In this document: positions 22,084 through 32,179 of the stretch, one piece after another
Layout: each line of letters begins with the position of its first letter
Position numbering within the stretch: the stretch's first letter is position 1
Assembly: GCA_004764695.1 (NCBI GenBank)
Contig: SMSO01000006.1
Location: forward strand, 1,007,859 to 1,071,858
Source: Schizochytrium sp. TIO01
Taxonomy: Eukaryota; Protista; Bigyra: Labyrinthulomycetes
DNA: 64,000 nt
Direction of reading: 5' to 3'
Translations under genes and position numbers: made by a program
Notes under the pieces: model-generated
Databases searched by the model: none
Told to the model about the DNA's origin: nothing
Seen by the model: the letters and a program-made list of their open reading frames with translations, nothing else

Positions 22084-24651
22084 ATGTCATCTGTGCCCTC
22101 TGACTGGCAACGACTACGGGGTAGGTTTGCCACACAGTCAGAAAGTCAGGCAACTCACGGCGAGCGGCATATTACCTTTGCTACTCCAAGTGCCTACAAT
22201 GAATCATTGCTCAAAATGAATGAGAATAGTCCTGCTATGGACGCTTGGTCTGCAAGAATATTGAAACAAACAGAAGAAACTGATTCTACGCCTAGCTCGA
22301 ACGAAATCCTAGACCGCTGGAGAGATAGATCATACGCTACGCAACTTGCTAGTAAACCACGATACGACCAAGTACACGACCCACTGCTCGAAACTGAAGT
22401 TCAGGGTGTTTTGAACCAACTACGCAACACAAAGCTTCGCGTGGAAAGTGACCGCATCGATCTCACTGATGATGAAGACGATGACGGGGAGGAAAAGTTT
22501 CGTCAAACTTTGCTGACGCGGCGTCATAAAGTTGAACAGCAGACCAAAGACCAGGACTTATCTGGCTGGGCTAGAAAAATTAGCCACAAGTATGACTCTT
22601 ATTCACAACACAATTATAGCAAGCAGCAGGTATCAGAATTTCAAAATCCATCCCACGAATCAAACAGGTTACATACCCAAATGCATTACAAAGAAAAATG
22701 TACATTAGTCCGAGATCACGTCCATGATCGAGATCATTCAGCAAAGGTACGCTTATGTTTGCAAAAGGAAAGCGAAGAAAACAGGGCAATATCATCCAAT
22801 GCTTTCTTTTCGTCAAACGGGTCCACACGACACCACAATGAAAATATGAAAATCTTGGCAAGTGAGTTTCAGCGAATCTCAATAAGAAATCTGGAATCCA
22901 AGACGCCTTCAATCCAAACCAAACCGTCGCTCTTTCAATGGGATGTAGAACGCTTTCCTCGAGTTCATGAAGAAGAAAGAAGGAAACAAGATGAAATACT
23001 TGCCAATGAGTCCAAAACACAGAACTTTTCAAACGAACGAATGGAACATCGTTTCAGTAGAAGCGCATCCGGATATTTGGCCGAAGGCGCAAACTCAGAA
23101 ACATACAACGAGCAGAAGCAATCTTCGTTTAGACTAGCACATAGAGGTTTGGTGTTAAGCCGAAAGCAGCAATCCGAGCTTCTACGTATGGAAGCTAGAC
23201 GAGAACTTCGAACACTTCGGAATGTGTTTGAGCGCTTGTTCTTATACTCTGAAAAGCGAAGAACCAGACGCGAAGAAGCGCATGCATTTGCACTATGCAA
23301 GTTTCGTCTGCAGCATAGGACTCGCTTACTTCGCAAGTGCTTTCATGCGCTTGCGGAGCACGCATGTCGAGTTAGTTCCTTTCGAGTGCGTACAGTTCAG
23401 CATCGCGCTTTTGAACGTTGGACTCTCTATACTGCCAATCAACACGAGCAGAAAATGATTGCGAAACTAGATTTGATACGGCGTGAGCAGCGACAAATCC
23501 TTTGCCAGCAAGCAATGATTCACTTTCAAGCACGTATACTGAAGAAATACTGGTCTGAGTGGGTGAAAGATATTAAGCAAAAGAAGGTTCAACGTGAGGA
23601 AGAGGAAAAACAAGCAATAAGGCAAAGACAAATACAAAGATTCAAAGTTCATTTACGACAATGTTCAGCAGAAACGAACCAAGATGGAAATGTTGTTGAA
23701 GATATATCGTCGCGCTCACATTGGGCAAGGACTTCAGGTGAAAATACATCAGTTGTTCTAAGTAAAGAAAAACAGAATCATCAACAACCTCCGGGAGAGC
23801 AAGGATCAAGCTTCGAACCACCTCCTCCAAGTTCTAATCCACCCCCCTTACCTAATAAAGCCCCAGTTGCAGCGCGAGAGCTAACAGCAATGGAGTTACG
23901 GGCTGTTGAGCGTAAGGCAAAGCGCGAGGAATTGCGTCGACGCCAAGCAGAGCTTGAGCAAATGCGCGCAGAAGAGGCTTCCCAGCGCTCGTATGAAGAA
24001 CATCTTCGCATTGTGCAGGAGCGTGCACAAGATCTAGCGAAAAAACGCCAACTCCAGGCGAAAAGAGAGTATGAAAAACAAGTTCGAGAAAATCGTGACA
24101 AATTATCTACATTACATAATGAGCGTGCTATTTTATGGTACAAAGGACTCAAACCCTGGAAACTCCTTGTTCGCATAGCAAAACTCGACGATGAACGGGC
24201 AAGGGCACATGACCGTCGATCCAAGTTACGTCAGGCATTTGTGTACTGGAGTGGAGTTATAAGATCAATACAACTAGTGAGACGCCAAAAGCAGCGCGCT
24301 ATGGAAAATGCAGCCAGACATTTCCGACGGCGATCTCTTTTGCGCTTAGGCTGGCGTTTAATTGCTGAACGTCACTACAGGCTTCAGGCTCAATTCGCGG
24401 CAATTGAATCAAGCAATAGAATCCGTATGCTCAAACAAGCATGTAAAACCTGGCAGAGAGCGCTTTTGCGCCATATTCAAGAAATGATGCAAGCTGATTT
24501 ACTGGCAAACTACAAATTACTGACCAAGATGTGGCGATTCTGGTTGCAGCATGTAGAAAGAAGACGTGAGGAACGAAGGCGAGTAGTTGGCAAAAATCAG
24601 ATCTGGTCAAAGGTTAGAACATGGCTAGAGGAGGAGGAAGAAGACATTTGA
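22084..24651 (+). CDS. CCDC191-like coiled-coil protein with Sfi1-like Trp-spaced repeats (putative centriolar/ciliary)
   Basis: First ATG at 22084. AMELRAVERKAKREEL and HNERAILWYKGLKPWK resemble the CCDC191 C-terminus. Sfi1-like units A..H....L.K.F..W recur. Confidence 0.75.
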   Translation: MSSVPSDWQRLRGRFATQSESQATHGERHITFATPSAYNESLLKMNENSPAMDAWSARILKQTEETDSTPSSNEILDRWRDRSYATQLASKPRYDQVHDPLLETEVQGVLNQLRNTKLRVESDRIDLTDDEDDDGEEKFRQTLLTRRHKVEQQTKDQDLSGWARKISHKYDSYSQHNYSKQQVSEFQNPSHESNRLHTQMHYKEKCTLVRDHVHDRDHSAKVRLCLQKESEENRAISSNAFFSSNGSTRHHNENMKILASEFQRISIRNLESKTPSIQTKPSLFQWDVERFPRVHEEERRKQDEILANESKTQNFSNERMEHRFSRSASGYLAEGANSETYNEQKQSSFRLAHRGLVLSRKQQSELLRMEARRELRTLRNVFERLFLYSEKRRTRREEAHAFALCKFRLQHRTRLLRKCFHALAEHACRVSSFRVRTVQHRAFERWTLYTANQHEQKMIAKLDLIRREQRQILCQQAMIHFQARILKKYWSEWVKDIKQKKVQREEEEKQAIRQRQIQRFKVHLRQCSAETNQDGNVVEDISSRSHWARTSGENTSVVLSKEKQNHQQPPGEQGSSFEPPPPSSNPPPLPNKAPVAARELTAMELRAVERKAKREELRRRQAELEQMRAEEASQRSYEEHLRIVQERAQDLAKKRQLQAKREYEKQVRENRDKLSTLHNERAILWYKGLKPWKLLVRIAKLDDERARAHDRRSKLRQAFVYWSGVIRSIQLVRRQKQRAMENAARHFRRRSLLRLGWRLIAERHYRLQAQFAAIESSNRIRMLKQACKTWQRALLRHIQEMMQADLLANYKLLTKMWRFWLQHVERRREERRRVVGKNQIWSKVRTWLEEEEEDI

Positions 24652-24844
24652 AAATCTCCAGAGACTGCCTGAAATGATTGTTTGTTGGTATCTATCTATC
24701 TTTTATTTTTTATAATTTTTTTTTTTTTTTGTTATAAAAATGTAATATACCATTCAAAGGAATCACAGTAGGTGAATGAAATAACACAATCATTAAAAGA
24801 GAAGTATAGGGTCCTAATGTGACAGGAAGAACTATTAAACAATC

Positions 24845-26680
24845 TTAGCCGCCACGAACTTGATGAATAAGCTCTCGGCGCCCTACAGGAAAACGGTGCA
24901 CATTCTTGTGCATCCATTCGTCTGCATCAACTTCATTAAATTTCGATCGATCAAAAAGTACAGCCACAACTTGTTCAGTGTAATCATCTTCTCGTCGACC
25001 CATGAGTAATGACACCCCAGGCTTAGCAGACCCACGGTCACGTTTTCGGTAAAACGAATCAAGCTGAAATGCTGCATGGTCTTGCAACTGAATCTTCCCC
25101 TTATCCGCGGTAGAATTATTTGCAAAACGGTATTTGAGGTCCACAAGATCTTCTTCCCTGGAGTCTTGATTATCGCCTTCCACATCTGTCCCATCAAATC
25201 CATCCGGGGCTATGCTTCCATCAGCTTGATCAGCAAATATAAAGCTTTCCGGGTTAGATCTATTCATTAAATCAAGTTTACATGCATCAAGTAGGGCGGA
25301 TTTACAAGCAGCAAGTTCAAGCAAACGAGATACTGATTTCTGCCTTGGCACAACAGCTCCTACTTTTTTCTTTTCTCCAATTTCCTCAGTTGGTGGATCT
25401 GCCACAACTGCGACCAGCTTATCCTTCGATCCACTATCACGGCGCTTCCGATTTGTTGGTGATTCGCTCCATGTTGCCGCTGGGTCATGCTTTATAACGC
25501 TTTCAATATTAGGAAAGCTGTTTTTGCGGGTGAATGTATTTGGGCGATGTGTGCATTCTTCGGACTCCTTTTGATTCTGCTGATCACGGAGCTTTTGCTC
25601 GCGCTCTTTTTTCCGCTTGAGAAGGTACTCTTGTCGTTCAATGAGGTTCATACTGAGTAGATTGGCACCTTCATGGGAAATGCGGTTTGCACCAAGTGCT
25701 GCAGTGCCCGCTCGTCGTAATTTGCCACCCGAGGCAGTCCCAGAGGTAATATCAGATTCCGTCTTCCTCCGCTCAACACGCGACGGCCTAAAGCGCTGGG
25801 AGCGCCTTTCAGTATTTTGCCGTCGCGACGTAGAAGGGGTCTTCTCGTTTTTTTCCTTGGACTTGCCGGCTTGTTGCTTCTGTAGCTGCTGCTGCTGATG
25901 ATGATGAGAAGATTGCGATGATCGGCGTGAACTATTCGTGCGAATGCTTGAAGCGTCTTTGATATCAGACGACTCATCTTCGTCAACAAGAAGGCTGGAT
26001 ACACTACTCCTTGTGCTAGATCCTAGAGCGCTGAGGAAGGAAGGAGAATCGGTTTCATCCTGCGTATTCGATGTCTGATTCGCTGTACCCAGATCCGTCT
26101 GGGTTGTTGCATCTCGCGGTGATGGCAGTGCATTGTTTCCTGATCCTGCCATCTCCTCAGAGAAGGTAACCTCGTGTCCTAGCACAGGGATCACAAAGTT
26201 GCCCAGACTATTCTCGCAGGTCTCAGGAGAGGCTAGCTGTTCACTTTGCTCTAGAATAGGTACATTTTGAGTGCGTTCACCAGCTTCCTTCTCAGACGTT
26301 ACCTTATCCTCTGGGCCAAGAGGTGAGCCAGGTACATCACTAAGTTCGATACAAATATGAAGCCAACATTTGTGTTGTCGAGAAGTTTCATTTTGTGAGC
26401 ATGCATCACCCTCTCGAAGCATTTGTAACACGACCTTGACTGCAAGGTCATCAAGACCAAGGTGAAGAGGATTTGATCTCAACCAGTCGCGAATTTGTTG
26501 TGAACGTGTTGTCCACCAGCCTTGAGGCTCACGGTCTCCTTCGTCTGCACCATCATCTGGCCGACCTGATTCATAGCTTACCTGTCGCTTTTTCGCCAGA
26601 AATGGTCGTCGGCCGCCACGAAAACGCAATGTCTCACTTGCCACAACGGCGTCTCGAGGAATTCCTGTTTCGGAAGTCAT
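24845..26680 (-). CDS. Largely disordered protein with ECTHRP (ECTFKP-like) motif and a small globular C-terminal domain
   Basis: ORF of about 611 aa from the first ATG (aaaATG at 26680). The middle is S/Q/R-rich. The C-terminal domain reads QLQDHAAFQLDSFYRKR...GVSLLMGRR...VVAVLFDRSKFNEVDADEWM. Confidence 0.85.
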   Translation of the reverse strand: MTSETGIPRDAVVASETLRFRGGRRPFLAKKRQVSYESGRPDDGADEGDREPQGWWTTRSQQIRDWLRSNPLHLGLDDLAVKVVLQMLREGDACSQNETSRQHKCWLHICIELSDVPGSPLGPEDKVTSEKEAGERTQNVPILEQSEQLASPETCENSLGNFVIPVLGHEVTFSEEMAGSGNNALPSPRDATTQTDLGTANQTSNTQDETDSPSFLSALGSSTRSSVSSLLVDEDESSDIKDASSIRTNSSRRSSQSSHHHQQQQLQKQQAGKSKEKNEKTPSTSRRQNTERRSQRFRPSRVERRKTESDITSGTASGGKLRRAGTAALGANRISHEGANLLSMNLIERQEYLLKRKKEREQKLRDQQNQKESEECTHRPNTFTRKNSFPNIESVIKHDPAATWSESPTNRKRRDSGSKDKLVAVVADPPTEEIGEKKKVGAVVPRQKSVSRLLELAACKSALLDACKLDLMNRSNPESFIFADQADGSIAPDGFDGTDVEGDNQDSREEDLVDLKYRFANNSTADKGKIQLQDHAAFQLDSFYRKRDRGSAKPGVSLLMGRREDDYTEQVVAVLFDRSKFNEVDADEWMHKNVHRFPVGRRELIHQVRGG

Positions 26681-27656
26681 TTTAAAGTGATCTGAATTGA
26701 TTATTCGACTCCCCGTACAAGGAGCACGCACGTGAAGCACCAAAAGTACTCACACGCACGATTGCCTCTCTCGACGTACCGAGTCTATACCTGAACTTGC
26801 ACTGTTGACCAGACTTTTCAGAGAAGCGTCCAGACTCTACACTACTGACTCCGGGAATGTCTCTCAGTGCACAAACCTTTCAAGTCTCCATTACCTTCGA
26901 AATGATGTATAAATGTTAGAATCGAAGTTCTTTTGTTTTTTCTTTGTAAAATCAAGTTTACTGAAAAGAACCTCAGGTACACTAACATTCACTTTTCCGT
27001 ATTTGTCAATGTTATTCAAAGAGAGCTAAGGTAGAAGAAGTCCATGGTATCATTCCACGTGCCTTTAATTTCTAACGTGTACTAGCGTTCTCTCTGCCTT
27101 ACGTCATATCTTAACGGATACAAAAACAATTTAGCTCGTGCTTGTAACAATGCGCACATACATTCTCTAATTCAGAATATTTATAAGACCGCGAGTATGG
27201 AGCTTGAGTCAAGGTGTGTACCATTTGTGGGAGCACTACAATTCTAATATCAAAATAGTCTTTTACGTAGGAAACATAACTTGCCCCAGTTCTCGCCCTA
27301 TCGAAAAGCTCTGAGTCTAATGTTTTTTCGAAACTCTGTTTGCCTCAAGTCACCATAGGTGGTGAAAGTGATTCAGGTTTGCTTGCTGCAGCGTTCTTAA
27401 ATTGAACTCTTGTTCTCATTCTTCAATTAAAGTATTCACTTTTACCTTGATTCACAGCATGTGAGGTTGGTAGGAACAGATTAGGTGTATGTATATCAAT
27501 TAGGAATCAAATTAGTTGCGGCAAGCATTGGATCACTAGTTAGTTGAGGTGGAGTTCGAGACATATTGATGCCGATGCAATAAACTAGATTGTTTGAAGT
27601 CGACGAGCGGGTTACAGCTAGACAGCTTGCATTCGCATGTGCGCTGCCAAGTAAAG

Positions 27657-30600
27657 ATGGGAAAGAAAGCCCCGCGAACCGGCGGTCGGGGTGGCAAACT
27701 AGGGAGTATTGAGAACGGCGCCAATTCCGTTCGAAGCGGAGTGGAGAAGGCCTTACGGGCATACAGACAGCACGAGAAGCAAAAGGAGAAGGTGAAGCGG
27801 CGTCGCCAGCGTGAAGAAAGTAATGCTGCCGCAAAACTGGATCAGATCGCGAGAGCCGTGGATGACTTGCATTTGATTGAAGATACGCATGATATACAAG
27901 GCCTTCTTGAAAGCAATGATAGCTTTGAGGGTGAAATGCGCGGGGATGCATCATCGAAGCCAAAGCCTACTTTAGAGGAAGCTGGTAACTTCTTATTTAG
28001 AACTCGTGGACCTATGCTTTCGATGCAAAGTGATTCTGAGAGCAGTATGGTCATAAATCTACGAAGCCTTTGGGGAGGAGGAAGTAGCACATATACAAAC
28101 CACCTTCCTTCTATTCATTTACCCTCTGCTTCAGTAGCTGAAAACTCGTACATTTCTCATTCAAAGCACGATTCAAACAGTCCTGGGAGAAGTCGAAACC
28201 AATCTCCCTCTCCAAAGACAGAAGGGCGTGTGCGTTCAGCCGCGCATACACAGCCAACTTCGCCCAAACCGAAACGCCCCCAACAACCTACAACTAATGC
28301 AGAGAGTCCTCGTATTCCGCGGTTTCTTCGTAAACGCAACAGCCAAGACGATGAAGACAACAATAGAGATACAGACGCTTCTCCAATAAGCCGGAGTCCG
28401 AGAAAGTCCTTTATAATGGGCGGAAGCAATCGCAAATTTAGTAGTGTTACTGGCTCATATCACTCATCTTCAACTTTCTCGAGAGTTGATGTGCAGCTCA
28501 CACGAATGCACCACAGTACATTGTTGGATGAAATTACCAGGCTTGTCCAAGAGAATGCCAAATTTGCAAAGTCCCTCGCAACAATAGAAGACACTATTAA
28601 CAAACAACAAGAGCAACTGGCTGTTGTATCATTAGAGTTTAGTCAGAACACAGAAGAGTTTGAGCGTGACCAATTAGAAACCCAACGAGCAACAGAGAGA
28701 GTTGCTCATATTCGTGAACAGCTGCAGACTGTACATTCAAACTGTGATTTGAACCGGTTCCGAGAGCGACAGCTCAACCGCATGCTTTTCCGCTCACAAG
28801 ATGAACGCAATGTTGCCAAAAACCAGATGGAAAATCTCCAAAACCTTATGGATGCGCAAGGAGTACAGCAAGAAATGCGTGAGCTACAATTAAAATATAA
28901 AGAGGCGCAACAAATAGTAGAAGCTTTGCAGGCCAAACGAGTAGCTCTTGAAGAAAAGCAAAAGATTTCTCGTGAAGCATTCAAGTCTAAGTTCACGGAG
29001 CGCGCACAAATTCTTTCAGAAGTTCAACAACTTCGCATCCTTCAGATTGATACAGCATTACGCCGTAAGGAAATCGCTATGCTTGCTCAAGGCGACGTTT
29101 CGAAACGTCAGGAACGCAAATTAAAGCAGACTTCTCTCATCAACGCAAAGCGTAAAACGGCAACCGAGGGTGTGCTAGCGAATATGAAGTGTAGTGTTTC
29201 GCGTTACGAGAAAACAATTCGTAAGATTCAACAATCTACAGGTATTTGGGATGTCAATACAGTTGTTGACAGGTTTTTCTCACAAGAGTCAAAAAGAACA
29301 CACCTCGAAAAAGAGTTGGTGGAGTGCAACGAAAGACGTAAAGAGCTTGAACAGCGGCTGGTTCAAGCAACGTCACAACTGTTGCATGCAAGAGAGTATG
29401 GAGTTGACTCGTCCGGGCAAAATGTAGCTGACTTAAGTGAAATCGAAGGCCGAGTTGCAGAAAGTAGTGCACGAATGAGACACATACAAGCAGACTTTCG
29501 AGACACATACCGTCTTATTTTATCCTTAGTTGAAGGTTCTCTTACGCTAGCTCGAGGCTTATATATTACAATTCCTCCTGAGCTGCAGTCTGTACTTGAT
29601 CCAGAGGCTCTCGACGCTCCAACGTATACAGCTAACTATGGTAAAGTTGCCAAAACCTTACTTGCTGAACTATTGGGTAGGCTGGTGTATATCCTCAACT
29701 TTGCACCAAGTTGTCAAGATTTAGCTGGCGAGACTTCAGTGGAAATCGGGGGTACCCCCTCTAAGAGTCGCATACGGCGAAAGGGTTCAAATTCCTCCCA
29801 TGTGCCGGTGAGACCGCACGAGCTAATTCCCATTTCCCCGATGTCACCATCTGCTGGCTCTGGACATAAGTCCCCAATACCTCGATCTGCCTCACCTGCG
29901 GAACTTGCAACTTTGCAGCAGATGGAAAAGTCGCTCAACTCAATCCTACAGAGCCCACCCACTGCAAGTGCGTTAACACATGACAGCAATATTCGCGTCA
30001 AACCAAGACGGGACTCTGTCCCACAGCCGACAATCGTTCAGTCCTCTCCACAGAGGCTCACTATTCCGCAAGCAAGAGAGCGGGAGCATCAGCGAAAACA
30101 AACATTGAACAAAATGTTAAAAAGCATGGTAGATCCTCGAAATAAGCGGAGCACTAGCCCAGCCGATTCTCAAAGTGATGAAGGTGCTGATTCTGAAGTT
30201 GAAATGTATAGTGAGAAGCATGATATTAGTGATGATGTTACAAAGCGCAAATCTCAAGCCAGCATACCAAGTCAAGATGGTATTCTTGAGACTGAAGAAG
30301 ACACCTGCTTTGCATTTCTTCATGGTAATACATCTGTTCAATGTGATGATGTTGCAAGGGCGGTTACACGGAACTTGCGTCGACGTCAAAGCACAGGCTC
30401 AAGTGATGATAATAATGAAATATTACAACACAACCGCGTTCTCTTTAATTTACTCGGACATCGAAGATCTGATTACGGGCAGCCAGAAGCCATTTCGGCA
30501 CAAGATCTCTATAACGAAGTTCTACGAAAAGACATGAAGGTTCCGTGCTTTTCACGTGATGATATTAAGCTGCTTTCAAAACATTTGGTTAAACAAGACA

Positions 30601-30782
30601 AGCAGGCTCAGAACTTGGTAGCGAATAAGAGTTTCTCAAGGGACTTTAATCGTAAGCAAAGTACACTCACTCGTTTACGATCTAATCGGTCTTCTAAATT
30701 CACCGTTTTTTCAGATATACAAGGACCTGGGCAGGCTAAATTTAAGAGTAGCATGTCTTCAATCGTTCCTGAAAATGAGTAA
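27657..30782 (+). CDS. Outer dynein arm docking complex-related coiled-coil protein (CCDC151/CCDC63/CCDC114 family-like)
   Basis: First ATG at 27657. A long central coiled coil contains RYEKTIRKIQQSTGIWDVNTVVDRFFSQ, which resembles the family motif YEEAF.KI..ATG..D....V..F. Both flanks are disordered and S/P-rich. Confidence 0.7.
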   Translation: MGKKAPRTGGRGGKLGSIENGANSVRSGVEKALRAYRQHEKQKEKVKRRRQREESNAAAKLDQIARAVDDLHLIEDTHDIQGLLESNDSFEGEMRGDASSKPKPTLEEAGNFLFRTRGPMLSMQSDSESSMVINLRSLWGGGSSTYTNHLPSIHLPSASVAENSYISHSKHDSNSPGRSRNQSPSPKTEGRVRSAAHTQPTSPKPKRPQQPTTNAESPRIPRFLRKRNSQDDEDNNRDTDASPISRSPRKSFIMGGSNRKFSSVTGSYHSSSTFSRVDVQLTRMHHSTLLDEITRLVQENAKFAKSLATIEDTINKQQEQLAVVSLEFSQNTEEFERDQLETQRATERVAHIREQLQTVHSNCDLNRFRERQLNRMLFRSQDERNVAKNQMENLQNLMDAQGVQQEMRELQLKYKEAQQIVEALQAKRVALEEKQKISREAFKSKFTERAQILSEVQQLRILQIDTALRRKEIAMLAQGDVSKRQERKLKQTSLINAKRKTATEGVLANMKCSVSRYEKTIRKIQQSTGIWDVNTVVDRFFSQESKRTHLEKELVECNERRKELEQRLVQATSQLLHAREYGVDSSGQNVADLSEIEGRVAESSARMRHIQADFRDTYRLILSLVEGSLTLARGLYITIPPELQSVLDPEALDAPTYTANYGKVAKTLLAELLGRLVYILNFAPSCQDLAGETSVEIGGTPSKSRIRRKGSNSSHVPVRPHELIPISPMSPSAGSGHKSPIPRSASPAELATLQQMEKSLNSILQSPPTASALTHDSNIRVKPRRDSVPQPTIVQSSPQRLTIPQAREREHQRKQTLNKMLKSMVDPRNKRSTSPADSQSDEGADSEVEMYSEKHDISDDVTKRKSQASIPSQDGILETEEDTCFAFLHGNTSVQCDDVARAVTRNLRRRQSTGSSDDNNEILQHNRVLFNLLGHRRSDYGQPEAISAQDLYNEVLRKDMKVPCFSRDDIKLLSKHLVKQDKQAQNLVANKSFSRDFNRKQSTLTRLRSNRSSKFTVFSDIQGPGQAKFKSSMSSIVPENE

Positions 30783-31208
30783 TTATTCCACCGGTGCGAT
30801 CCCATTAAATACTCATAATTTGATCCTTTTCGCTCCTCCCTCACCATTTTTTTTCTCTTTTTTTTAAATGATAAATTACGAGTTTCTTTTATTTTTTTAA
30901 AAACAAAAAGTAGTTGTGCAAATAGATGCGTTGGCAACTGTGGGGTTTCTTAAAACTGAGTCCTAGAGGTGCCCTCCTGTGATTTGTGTTTAATTTCCGC
31001 GCGGACATGGGAACGAGAACATTGAAGACATGTTTTTCTTTTTCATCCTTTGGGTCTTCCTTTGATGGGAGCTTGCGACTTGCCAGGTCCTGCATAAACT
31101 TCCCAAGTTGTAGACGTCGTTCGGACGCGCTGATCACATTGTAAAACGATAGTAACCAAGTCAAAAGTTACAGTCACTGAGACAAAGTAGCTTACTTGTG
31201 CAAGCAGA

Positions 31209-31862
31209 ATGCCCAACGAGCTCTCCGCTCACCTCTACAAAGATGGGCATGTAACTCATGATTGGCAGCAATCTCGATTTCTTCAGGAGGCCTTCCAATC
31301 TGAAGACGCTCTGCGCGCTGAGGTAGAACAATATGGACAAGCTCGTCCGAAGCGGAATCGTATGCTTGACTGGTCAGACGGAGGCGCCAGTTCGACTCGG
31401 TCTGACCCGAATCAACGCAAGTTGAACACTAAATCATTTGGAAACTCTTCTCGCTCGCAAAGTTCGAGAGGATCCTACTCTACTTGCAGTTGTGGTTGTA
31501 GTGCCACAGGACGATCTTCGTTACGTTCAGGGTCGTCACGACAGGATCGATCTTGCAGAAGTAGTATGATGTCATCTGAATGCTCTAGCTTTTGTAGTTG
31601 TGACTGTCACAGTACTAGTGATTGGTCTGATTACCAATCTACGGGGCGTAGTTCTGCAATACTTACCGGGCGAACGGACTCTACACATCGTGTTGATGCG
31701 CTGCTAACACGAAAACGTAGATTAGAAGCACAACTTCAGGCACTTGAAGAAGAACTTCAAGAGACTTCTTCGTTGGCTTCTTCGTCAGCATCAGCACGGA
31801 CTACAAGTCGGAGTCTTCAGAGTACTGGAAAACACTTGAGTTCAAGATCACAACTTGCCTAA
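31209..31862 (+). CDS. Ser/Arg-rich hypothetical protein with two CxCxC clusters and a short coiled coil
   Basis: 217-aa ORF with CSCGC and CSCDC clusters, repeated TGRSS, and the coiled coil LLTRKRRLEAQLQALEEELQ. Confidence 0.7.
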   Translation: MPNELSAHLYKDGHVTHDWQQSRFLQEAFQSEDALRAEVEQYGQARPKRNRMLDWSDGGASSTRSDPNQRKLNTKSFGNSSRSQSSRGSYSTCSCGCSATGRSSLRSGSSRQDRSCRSSMMSSECSSFCSCDCHSTSDWSDYQSTGRSSAILTGRTDSTHRVDALLTRKRRLEAQLQALEEELQETSSLASSSASARTTSRSLQSTGKHLSSRSQLA

Positions 31863-32179
31863 AAGGGTTATCACCGCATAGTCCATTTCGCTGCTAATAC
31901 TATTTGATTTTTTGCGAGGGAAGAGAAGAAAAGGGAGAGAAAGAGAAAGGTACCTCTTCTCTGGGCACACTGAAATTATTTTTGCCCAATCAATAGGTAG
32001 ATGCAGATCTCGTTTGTGCAATTTCAAATTGAAAGCTGCTTTTGTCAGCTCTAGATGTCTACCTATCACACTAAAACCCTAACCAGGTTGTTTAGGTAAA
32101 TCAGGATCTGGTCAAGTAGTAAGTACGATCATCATGTTTTTTTGTTTATTATAAATTTACTATTATTTCTAAATAAATT

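Noticed and set aside
32071-32085. CCCTAA telomere-like hexamers (also near 63541 and 63586)
   Set aside because: Isolated single units with no tandem array.
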